IMG/VR virus record: IMGVR_UViG_3300037360_000100
Coordinates: 1 to 50,558 of that record
Strand: one strand, 5' to 3'
DNA from: a virus
Lineage: Duplodnaviria; Caudoviricetes
DNA: 50,558 nt
How positions within the stretch are numbered: position 1 is the stretch's first letter; each line of letters starts with the position of its first letter. Both the position numbers and the translations under genes were made by a program. Below, piece after piece: positions 25,393 to 32,839 of the stretch. Under the pieces are notes generated by a model that made no database searches, had not been told where the DNA came from, and was given only the letters and a program-made list of their open reading frames with translations.

Positions 25393-25599
25393 TCAGCGGC
25401 TTAGTTCCGTCAAAGATACATAGATCTGCTGAGCCTGCTCGGCCAGTGTCAAAGCTGTTGGTTTACACACATTCACCTGACGCACCCCGAAGCGCAAACG
25501 CTTGACTAAGGCGACGATTAAAAGGGCTTGGACTACTACTGTGATTGTGAGTGCGATCAGCATACTTGCTCCTGTGACACTTGGATCATACCATTTCAA
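25393..25599 (-). CDS. Small single-pass membrane protein
   Basis: Hydrophobic stretch MLIALTITVVVQALLIVALV followed by KRLR. Confidence 0.5.
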   Translation of the reverse strand: MKWYDPSVTGASMLIALTITVVVQALLIVALVKRLRFGVRQVNVCKPTALTLAEQAQQIYVSLTELSR

Positions 25600-25637
25600 G
25601 AAAGGCCGCTAAAACCCTATGACAGGCCTTGCAGCCA

Positions 25638-26009
25638 CTACGCAGAAAAGTCACGGTCGAGAACAATTGACCCAAAGTACCGTGAGGCTATCAATGCTAT
25701 GAGGTCCATTTCTGCCTGGTACTTCTGCGCCAGTGTCTCAAGATCGCAAATAGATAAGCCGAACGGGTTTTCGGCCTTGGTTCCTTCTGCCTTGGCTTTG
25801 AGCTCGTTGTATTCGAGTTGCTGGCGCTCGGCTCTCATCTGCTTTGCACGATTACTCGAGTGACTATAAGCGCTTTTGAGTGTGTCATGCTTACGCAAAA
25901 GATAACAGTAATCGTCAAGGCCGGTTTCCAAAATCGTTGCGCGCCTATATGTGAGCTGGGCTTCAAGCCAGTCTGTGTTTGATGCTGTTAGCTTCACTTC
26001 AATTTGCAT
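25638..26009 (-). CDS. Hypothetical protein with its own promoter
   Basis: 123 aa; TGCTAGGAT 6 nt upstream of ATG. Confidence 0.6.
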   Translation of the reverse strand: MQIEVKLTASNTDWLEAQLTYRRATILETGLDDYCYLLRKHDTLKSAYSHSSNRAKQMRAERQQLEYNELKAKAEGTKAENPFGLSICDLETLAQKYQAEMDLIALIASRYFGSIVLDRDFSA

Positions 26010-26026
26010 GGTTGTATCCTAGCACG

Positions 26027-27517
26027 TTAACGCCCGTCGAACGGACTCAAGAACCCGGGCTCGACTGGCGGCCCGTTGTCGTGGCGCAGCGTGCTCTGTA
26101 GGTAGGCCCACATCGTGGAACGGTTTTCTGCAAGGTAGGCCAAAGCCTGGGTCGAACTATCGACCTGGTCGTCGTGCTTCGTGCGAGGAAAACCAGTCAT
26201 CTCAGCCAGGTAGCTTGCTACCCAAGGCGCATAAGAATCAGGTGGGAAAAGCACATTACCAGATTTGAACAGATAAGTAATTGAATTTGCTCGGGCTATC
26301 TTGCCTCCAAGCGGGTTTACTTCAATAACGCCCGAGAAGTCCCGCTTAAGCGCTTCAATGACCGCGGCTCCGTTGGCCTTGTCTTCAATTAGTTTCTCAC
26401 GCACTTGGGGCCAAGTGCGAAGTAGCTGCTTGCATATATTCACAGTCTCACTGTAACCAGCAAGGCAGGTAACATTCGCCAAGGGACCGTAGAAGTTTAC
26501 CCCGTCTGAACCCCAAATTTGCGCGCTTATATTGTCGCACCCGACCCTGTCCTTGAACGAGCAGTCCACGCTCAAAATGACATTACTCATCTCGGGCAGG
26601 ACGGTCCAGCGCCTAAAGTTGGCGACCTTGAAGATTTCCCCTTCAGGGTTGGCGGGTTCCTGCTGCAACTGCGCGCTTGCGTAGATGCCTAGAGCGTTCT
26701 CGAGGGCTTGGACGCGCTCTTCTGTGTAGACTTCGGGCCAGAGCAGCTGCCCGTCAATCGTGCGTGGGTCGCCTCCCACAGGCGTGATGCATGGCTTGGC
26801 CGCGTTGTAACGCATGGGGAGGCGCAAGACGACGGGGTTGTCTGTAGTCTGGAGATACCCAATTAAATCATCCTCGTGGAGCCTCTGCATCACACCTAAA
26901 TAACGTGGCTGTTCCCCCGGAATGTTTCTAGTGGACATTGTTCCCCGCCACCATACAGTGTTGACATAATCTAGCTCTGTCTTGGTGGTCGAGGCGTTCC
27001 CCATGGCCTCGCTTGGCTTCAAAGGGTCGTCAAAGATACGTATGTGTGCGTGTTTGCCTGTGCCTCGGCCGTGAACAGTAGAGAAGTAACGAAATCCCCC
27101 TGCTGTGTTCGAAAAGAACTCGAGTGCGGGCTTCTTTGACACAAGCTTAACCGAGGGCCAAAGCGCTTGGTACCAGTCCGACTGAAGAATTTGCAGAACC
27201 CTGCCCGCGTCGCGGTTGCCGTTGGACTCATCAAAAGACCCGTTCATCATGCAATAAGCGGGGTTTATAGTCCAAGCCCAGGCCGCGGACATGGTCGAGC
27301 AAAGCACCGATTTTCCAGTTCCAGGCGGCACATTGACCAGCATCTTCGGACATGCACCAAAAAAGGCCGCTTCTATGTGCTTACATACCTCGAGAATATG
27401 CCAGTTATACTGAAATTTCTGACCGGGAAATAGTATGTGCCAGGCTCTAATGGTAAAGGCCATAAGACCGAATCGCCTTATGTACTCACGTTCTGCGGCC
27501 ACACTTGAGGTTCTCAC
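26027..27517 (-). CDS. terL: Terminase large subunit
   Basis: NWH, Walker A NVPPGTGKS, Walker B IFDDP, MQRLHEDD, nuclease SVD.SFKD, IEDKANG, HDDQVD; GTG 27517 coupled to the upstream stop. Confidence 0.95.
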   Translation of the reverse strand: MRTSSVAAEREYIRRFGLMAFTIRAWHILFPGQKFQYNWHILEVCKHIEAAFFGACPKMLVNVPPGTGKSVLCSTMSAAWAWTINPAYCMMNGSFDESNGNRDAGRVLQILQSDWYQALWPSVKLVSKKPALEFFSNTAGGFRYFSTVHGRGTGKHAHIRIFDDPLKPSEAMGNASTTKTELDYVNTVWWRGTMSTRNIPGEQPRYLGVMQRLHEDDLIGYLQTTDNPVVLRLPMRYNAAKPCITPVGGDPRTIDGQLLWPEVYTEERVQALENALGIYASAQLQQEPANPEGEIFKVANFRRWTVLPEMSNVILSVDCSFKDRVGCDNISAQIWGSDGVNFYGPLANVTCLAGYSETVNICKQLLRTWPQVREKLIEDKANGAAVIEALKRDFSGVIEVNPLGGKIARANSITYLFKSGNVLFPPDSYAPWVASYLAEMTGFPRTKHDDQVDSSTQALAYLAENRSTMWAYLQSTLRHDNGPPVEPGFLSPFDGR

Positions 27518-27762
27518 TCTAGCACACCTCCGCACGCCACGAAAATCGCGTTAGAGAGCATGCACCGCCCGTCGGGCCAAGCGAGCACGTGACCATCAGT
27601 GCCCCAAGGCAGCAACCCAGAAGGCCAAGCGCGCAGGCCTGTGGCGCCTGGCTCATGCGCTTCCTGCACTGTGCATAGGCGAGGCACCAGGTTGGCTGCT
27701 TCGCACTGGGCCGCAAACTCGGGTGGGGTCAAGATAAAGAAACCGTGGTCAGATTCAATCAA
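27514..27762 (-). CDS. Hypothetical 82-aa protein upstream of terL
   Basis: TTG ATT GAA TCT... (IESDHGFFILTPPEF...); the non-repetitive 3' part of track ORF 27514..28221. Confidence 0.5.
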   Translation of the reverse strand: MIESDHGFFILTPPEFAAQCEAANLVPRLCTVQEAHEPGATGLRAWPSGLLPWGTDGHVLAWPDGRCMLSNAIFVACGGVLE

Positions 27763-27769
27763 GGGAATT

Positions 27770-28336
27770 CTACTTTCTGTCATAGACCCGGGCGTTGTCA
27801 CAGACCCAGGCGTTGTCACAGACCCGGGCGTTGTCACAGACCCAGGCGTTGTCACAGACCCAGGCGTTGTCATAGACCTGGGCGTTGTCACAGACCTGGG
27901 CGTTGTCACAGACCTGGGCGTTGTCATAGACCCGGGCGTTGCCACAGACCCGGGCGTTGTCACAGACCTGGGCGTTGTCACAGACCTGGGCGTTGTCATA
28001 GACCCGGGCGTTGCCACAGACCCGGGCGTTGTCACAGACCCGGGCGTTGTCACAGACCTGGGCGTTGTCGCAGACCCGGGCTCTGCCACAGACCTGGGCG
28101 ATGCCATAGACCTGGGCGTTGCCACAGACCCGGGCGTTGTCACAGACCCGGGCGTTGCCACAGACCTTGGCGCCGCCATAGACCTGGGCGTTGCCACAGA
28201 CCTTGGCGATGCCATAGACAACAGCTTCTGGCCCTACATAGGCACTTTCTTGTATTTCTGCCGTGTCTGCAACCCAGCCTTCTCCGTTTATGTGCCTGTG
28301 CGCGTCAACTAACCCAAATCCGAAATCAAACTTCAT
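27770..28336 (-). CDS. Hexapeptide-repeat (left-handed beta-helix) protein, copy A, lacking the C-terminal domain
   Basis: 39-aa leader + 24 V-[YC]-[DG]-x-A-[QRKW] units + VYDRK; 188 aa. Confidence 0.8.
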   Translation of the reverse strand: MKFDFGFGLVDAHRHINGEGWVADTAEIQESAYVGPEAVVYGIAKVCGNAQVYGGAKVCGNARVCDNARVCGNAQVYGIAQVCGRARVCDNAQVCDNARVCDNARVCGNARVYDNAQVCDNAQVCDNARVCGNARVYDNAQVCDNAQVCDNAQVYDNAWVCDNAWVCDNARVCDNAWVCDNARVYDRK

Positions 28337-28396
28337 TTTGCTGCCTTTCGTTGGTGCCTGTAGTTGCATATACTACACCATTCAATTAAGGGAATT

Positions 28397-28963
28397 CTAC
28401 TTTCTGTCACAGACCCGGGCGTTGCCACAGACCTTGGCGATGCCACAGACCTTGGCGTTGACACAGACCTTGGCGATGCCATAGACCTGGGCGTTGCCAC
28501 AGACCTGGGCGTTGTCATAGACCCGGGCGATGCCATAGACCTGGGCGCTGCCACAGACCTTGGCGATGCCATAGACCTGGGCGTTGCCACAGACCTGGGC
28601 GCTGCCATAGACCTGGGCGGTGTCATAGACCCGGGCGTTGCCACAGACCTGGGCGTTGTCATAGACCCGGGCGTTGTCACAGACCCAGGCGCTGCCATAG
28701 ACCTGGGCGGTGTCATAGACCTTGGCGATGCCATAGACCCGGGCGTTGTCACAGACCCGGGCGTTGTCACAGACCTGGGCGTTGCCACAGACCTGGGCGT
28801 TGCCACAGACCTGGGCGTTGTCATAGACCCGGGCTCTGCCATAGACAACAGCTTCTGGCCCTACATAGGCACTTTCTTGTATTTCTGCCGTGTCTGCAAC
28901 CCAGCCTTCTCCGTTTGAGTGCCTGTGCGCGTCAACTAAACCGAATCCGAAATCAAACTTCAT
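28397..28963 (-). CDS. Hexapeptide-repeat protein, copy B, lacking the C-terminal domain
   Basis: Same leader (one substitution), 24 units + VCDRK; 188 aa. Confidence 0.8.
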   Translation of the reverse strand: MKFDFGFGLVDAHRHSNGEGWVADTAEIQESAYVGPEAVVYGRARVYDNAQVCGNAQVCGNAQVCDNARVCDNARVYGIAKVYDTAQVYGSAWVCDNARVYDNAQVCGNARVYDTAQVYGSAQVCGNAQVYGIAKVCGSAQVYGIARVYDNAQVCGNAQVYGIAKVCVNAKVCGIAKVCGNARVCDRK

Positions 28964-29013
28964 TTGTGCTGCCTTTCGTTAATGCCTGTAGTTGCATATA
29001 CTGCACCACTCAA

Positions 29014-29901
29014 TCAAGGGAATGCTACTTTCTGGTGCTGCTCGGCCATGGCCGCTATTAAGGGCATGTACGCGCGAACAGATTCGGATCGACTAAGGTC
29101 CTGTCTTGTACGCCAGCCATGCAGAGTATCTGTAGTACAGCCTATTGTGACCCGATCGTCGCAGATTGTCACAAAGAATTCTAGCCCTGAGATATGTATA
29201 GGAGAAACAGAGGCGATGCCATAGACCTGGGCTCTGCCACAGACCTTGGCGATGCCATAGACCTGGGCGTTGCCACAGACCTGGGCGTTGTCATAGACCC
29301 AGGCGTTGTCACAGACCTGGGCGTTGTCACAGACCTGGGCGTTGTCACAGACCTGGGCTCTGTCATAGACCCAGGCGTTGTCATAGACCCGGGCGTTGCC
29401 ACAGACCTTGGCGTTGTCACAGACCCGGGCGTTGTCACAGACCTGGGCGTTGCCACAGACCTTGGCGTTGCCACAGACCTGGGCTTTGCCACAGACCTTG
29501 GCGATGCCATAGACCTGGGCGTTGCCACAGACCTGGGCGTTGTCATAGACCCGGGCTCTGCCACAGACCTTGGCGTTGTCACAGACCTTGGCGTTGTCAC
29601 AGACCTGGGCGTTGTCACAGACCTGGGCGTTGTCACAGACCTGGGCGCTGCCATAGACCCGGGCGTTGCCACAGACCCGGGCGTTGTCACAGACCCAGGC
29701 GTTGTCACAGACCTGGGCGTTGTCACAGACCTGGGCGCTGCCATAGACCCGGGCGTTGCCACAGACCTGGGCGATGCCATAGACAACAGCTTCTGGCCCT
29801 ACATAGGCACTTTCTTGTATTTCTGCCGTGTCTGCAACCCAGCCTTCTCCGTTTATGTGCCTGTGCGCGTCAACTAACCCAAATCCGAAATCAAACTTCA
29901 T
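29014..29901 (-). CDS. Hexapeptide-repeat protein, copy C, full length
   Basis: Same leader, ~32 units, 64-aa C-terminal domain (VTI.D..V.IGC......W). Confidence 0.85.
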   Translation of the reverse strand: MKFDFGFGLVDAHRHINGEGWVADTAEIQESAYVGPEAVVYGIAQVCGNARVYGSAQVCDNAQVCDNAWVCDNARVCGNARVYGSAQVCDNAQVCDNAQVCDNAKVCDNAKVCGRARVYDNAQVCGNAQVYGIAKVCGKAQVCGNAKVCGNAQVCDNARVCDNAKVCGNARVYDNAWVYDRAQVCDNAQVCDNAQVCDNAWVYDNAQVCGNAQVYGIAKVCGRAQVYGIASVSPIHISGLEFFVTICDDRVTIGCTTDTLHGWRTRQDLSRSESVRAYMPLIAAMAEQHQKVAFP

Positions 29902-30520
29902 TTTTGCTGCCTTTCGTTAGTGCTTGTAGTTGCATATACTGCACCAATTGCTCGTCCGTGAGGAGCGAAAAGTCCTCCGCGGACCCGTCGCGCACAGAGA
30001 CGTTCTCAGTGCTAAGGCCATGCAGAAGGCGTGCCAACATGGCCACGTCCTTCACGATCGCAACCGTGTCCTTGACTGTCGCGCTTGGGTGCTCCGCGCT
30101 TTGGCTTGCGTGTAGATGCTTGCTCATCTCGTTCAGGCCCCACTGCAACGCCAGCTGAACGCATTGGGCCGAGACCTTCTGCAGAACCGCGGGGGCGACC
30201 AGTTCCAGGTCCGCGCCCATTGCCTTGGTTGCGACCTTACGCGTTTCCCAGCCCCTGCGCTGGGCCAGTGGGTGAATGGGGCACTTGGTGTCAGCTAGAA
30301 GCCAAGCCTGGAACGCGGCGTACTCTTGGGCGGTCTCACGTGGCTGGGGGCTCCAAGGTTGTGCCTGGCCGTTTGCGTTTAAGGCTGCCGGGTCAAAGTC
30401 CGCCAGCAGAACCTCGGCCTCAGTTGGCTCTGGCTCAGGTCGGAGGGCCGTCACTTCAGCTTCGGCGACCGCCGGGTCGGGTAGGGGCAGGGCGCGGCGC
30501 CAGCGTCTCAACAGGGGCAT
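29891..30520 (-). CDS. Putative terminase small subunit
   Basis: PW..QP.ET...Y.AF..W ... W..R N-terminal pattern, helical body, D.S.L.DEQL C-terminus; first gene of the late operon upstream of terL. Confidence 0.6.
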   Translation of the reverse strand: MPLLRRWRRALPLPDPAVAEAEVTALRPEPEPTEAEVLLADFDPAALNANGQAQPWSPQPRETAQEYAAFQAWLLADTKCPIHPLAQRRGWETRKVATKAMGADLELVAPAVLQKVSAQCVQLALQWGLNEMSKHLHASQSAEHPSATVKDTVAIVKDVAMLARLLHGLSTENVSVRDGSAEDFSLLTDEQLVQYMQLQALTKGSKNEV

Positions 30521-30525
30521 GAGGT

Positions 30526-30554
30526 AGTGTGGCCGGGATTTCGTGGCAGGTCAA
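30526..30554 (-). promoter_or_regulatory. Late-operon promoter, leaderless
   Basis: TTGACC-N17-CACACT-ACCTC-ATG; duplicated at 30805-30833. Confidence 0.6.
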
Positions 30555-30799
30555 GAACCGCGGGGGGCGACCTTACGCGTTTCCCAGCCCCTGCGCTGGG
30601 CCAGTGGGTGAATGGGGCACTTGGTGTCAGCTAGAAGCCAAGCCTGGAACGCGGCGTACTCTTGGGCGGTCTCACCTGGCTGGGGGCTCCAAGGTTGTGC
30701 CTGGCCGTTTGCGTTCAGAACCTCGGCCTCAGTTGGCTCTGGCTCAGGTCGGAGGGCCGTCACTTCAGCTTCGGCGACAGCCGGTTCGGGTAGGGGCAT
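30551..30799 (-). pseudogene. Truncated duplicate of the terS-like gene 5' end (82-aa ORF)
   Basis: 30567-30837 copies 30231-30558, lacking 27-bp and 30-bp in-frame segments, and retains the promoter. Confidence 0.75.
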
Positions 30800-30863
30800 G
30801 AGGTAGTGTGGCAGGGATTTCGGGGCAGGTCAAGAACTATATAGTGCATTGGTGTCCTGGTTA

Positions 30864-31038
30864 ACTGAACTATAGCACTATAGTAGTTCCGATCAGAATT
30901 CTGAAAGTGCGGGGGAAAGTGAACTTGAGTATGTATGTATGTAGTATCGTTAATGCACTATATACATACATACACAAGTTCACTTTCCTTAATATTTCCA
31001 AGATCTTGATCGGAACTACTATAGTGCTATAGTGCAGT
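30864..31038. repeat. Long imperfect inverted repeat (82-bp arms, 11-nt loop) in an AT-rich intergenic region
   Basis: Left arm 30864-30945 pairs with right arm 30957-31038; outer and inner ~32 bp are nearly perfect. Confidence 0.92.
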
Positions 31039-31087
31039 CCCGAAATCGTTGCGTATTTTGGGTCCTCGCATTTTCGCCCTCAGGCCC

Positions 31088-31117
31088 TTGACCAGACGAC
31101 ACCAGTAGTGCTACTAT
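31088..31117 (+). promoter_or_regulatory. Rightward promoter, leaderless
   Basis: TTGACC-N18-TACTAT with extended -10 TG, 5 nt before ATG 31123. Confidence 0.55.
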
Positions 31118-31122
31118 AGTGC

Positions 31123-31950
31123 ATGCAGAGCGCCGAAACTAAATGGTATTCAAGCCAGCTAACCGAGCCCGCGAAATTCAAAGTCGAGTACGACTCCTGG
31201 TGCCGGCGCTTGCGCCCGCCCCCAAGTGGTGACCTTATCGCGGATGTGCAAGAGACCAACCGATCGCTTAGCTGGACTTACACAGCAGAGATGTACGCCC
31301 ATACCGGCTACATGCTCGCCAGGCACTGGGGTGTGTTCAAGGCCGCGGAAGAATACCCGCTTTGGCTTCATGCGAACGACATACCGACCATGCAGGCGGC
31401 CCGAGACCGTGACCCCGACCTAGGCTCCTACCTCAGGGACCGGGCTCGCATCTGGTCCAGCAGCTACGTAGCGGCTGACTTGAGCGTTGACGTTTGGGCC
31501 GCGCGTGTGTGCTTGGACCTGTACGGAATACGGACGCCGCTGGACGCCTACCGCCCGCGCTCGCGCCCTCGGGGGGAAATCGGCTACGTGCACGACCCAG
31601 TGCGCATAAAGGCCCTCTTAGACCAAGGCCTCACCATGCGAGAGATCGCAACCGAACTGGCTGTTTCCGAGCGTTTTTTGCGCGAGAACTGGAAAAATCT
31701 AGGCATCACCCCCACCTTTGGCAAAGCCATGAACGCACCAACAGCGAACCACGCCGAATGGCTGGACGCCTTGCGCGGCGGTGTTACGCGCGGGCCAGGC
31801 CCTCGGCAGTTGGTTATCTCGGTTGGCGAGGCCGCCCAGGTCTGGAGTGTGTCCTACAACGCGGCCAAGAAACGACTGTTTTTGCTTGGCTGGGAGCCCT
31901 ACACCAGTGTTCAAACCGTTCTGACCGATCGCTTGGGAGATCAGCCATGA
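31123..31950 (+). CDS. HTH-containing DNA-binding protein
   Basis: GLTMREIATELAVSERFLR helix-turn-helix; second HTH-like segment SVGEAAQVWSVSYNAAKKRL. Confidence 0.65.
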   Translation: MQSAETKWYSSQLTEPAKFKVEYDSWCRRLRPPPSGDLIADVQETNRSLSWTYTAEMYAHTGYMLARHWGVFKAAEEYPLWLHANDIPTMQAARDRDPDLGSYLRDRARIWSSSYVAADLSVDVWAARVCLDLYGIRTPLDAYRPRSRPRGEIGYVHDPVRIKALLDQGLTMREIATELAVSERFLRENWKNLGITPTFGKAMNAPTANHAEWLDALRGGVTRGPGPRQLVISVGEAAQVWSVSYNAAKKRLFLLGWEPYTSVQTVLTDRLGDQP

Positions 31951-32165
31951 AACCCCCCAAGCAAACCATCAGGTCTCACAACCGAACAACCACACTTGAC
32001 GCCGCGGAGTACGCAGATCGCCTCGAGTCTTGGGCATCAGTTTCAATGCAGAACCTCTGTCGTGCCTACCGCGGCGCACCGCCCGAAGTTCAGGCTTTGC
32101 TCTTGGCCCGGCCGGTTTTTGTCGCGGCGTTAAGCTGGGACTCGAATCGGCCAGAGCAGCACTGA
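31947..32165 (+). CDS. Hypothetical protein
   Basis: GGAGA RBS, ATGA overlap; MKPPKQTIRS... (3' part of track ORF 31494..32165). Confidence 0.5.
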   Translation: MKPPKQTIRSHNRTTTLDAAEYADRLESWASVSMQNLCRAYRGAPPEVQALLLARPVFVAALSWDSNRPEQH

Positions 32166-32617
32166 AGGTAACGTGCGTAGGCCGCGGCCGTGTCACCGCC
32201 GTACAGGGGTGAGATCACCTTGCGCCAGAAGGCAGACTTGCGGGAATCTGGGGAGCGTTGCTTGCCGTGCTGGTTGCTGTGCCGGTGAAGCCAACGCAAG
32301 GCCTTTACGTAGTCCGAGGACGCTTGCTCCGCAACGCGAAAAGCCCGCGGGTGCATGTTGGTACCGACGGGCTTGTGCAGCAAGTGAAGCGCCTCGTGAA
32401 GCACCAGGTAGCGAAGCACGTACAGTGGCGCCCGTTGGTACTCGTCACTCACGACGACGGTGCGCGTGGGGATATAGCAGGCCGCGCACACAGCACAGCC
32501 GAAGTAGTCGGTGAGCTGGTCTTCGGAAATCCAGTCGATGCTGACCTCCGGTAGGCACTCAAAACGCACTTGCAGTTCGGCTAGAAGTCCGTGCAGTGTC
32601 TCTATGGTGTGGCGCAC
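32090..32617 (-). CDS. Zincin metallopeptidase-like (SprT/YgjP-like)
   Basis: P.YVL.YLV.HEALH ... H...F motif. Confidence 0.72.
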   Translation of the reverse strand: MRHTIETLHGLLAELQVRFECLPEVSIDWISEDQLTDYFGCAVCAACYIPTRTVVVSDEYQRAPLYVLRYLVLHEALHLLHKPVGTNMHPRAFRVAEQASSDYVKALRWLHRHSNQHGKQRSPDSRKSAFWRKVISPLYGGDTAAAYARYLQCCSGRFESQLNAATKTGRAKSKA

Positions 32618-32620
32618 CCT

Positions 32621-32839
32621 CTAGCGTGACCAACGCCGCGCGGCCAGTCCAGCGAGAAACGAGCCGGCCGCAAAACCGCACACGTATTGCCAAGGATGGC
32701 CGTTGATCGCGCCGCCCAGCCCAACGACCTGGCCCGAAGCTATGGCGGCGGAGACAACAGCAAGCAGCCACGGCCGCCTAGCCCGAACCCAGAGCAGGTA
32801 GAGGGCTTCGGTTGCGGCCGCGGCAAGGAAAACCTTCAC
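32621..32839 (-). CDS. Small membrane protein
   Basis: 72 aa, three hydrophobic segments; GTGA-coupled. Confidence 0.6.
   Translation of the reverse strand: MKVFLAAAATEALYLLWVRARRPWLLAVVSAAIASGQVVGLGGAINGHPWQYVCGFAAGSFLAGLAARRWSR

Larger units (their letters stand above)
27755..29945. repeat. Tandem triplication of a gene unit, each containing an 18-bp minisatellite
   Basis: Shared upstream ~45 bp, shared 5' ~120 bp, and shared 3' junction cagaaagtag(a/c)attccctt(g/a)attga; A-B period 627 bp. Confidence 0.92.

Noticed and set aside
27770-29790. CRISPR array in the 18-bp repeats
   Set aside because: Units are contiguous with no unique spacers, are in-frame hexapeptide codons, and there are no cas genes.
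27514-29877. Long alternative-frame ORFs (TTPRSV, DPGVVT, CHRPGR repeats)
   Set aside because: Shadow frames of a stop-free 18-bp repeat; only the VxxxAx frame has an RBS, a leader and a known fold pattern.
27770-29901. Diversity-generating retroelement
   Set aside because: No reverse transcriptase or Avd-like gene, no distinct template/variable repeat pair, and some variation is at non-adenine positions (CAG/AAG/TGG).
31123-31950. Lysogeny repressor / temperate module
   Set aside because: Has an HTH but no S24 peptidase domain, and no integrase or partition genes were recognised.
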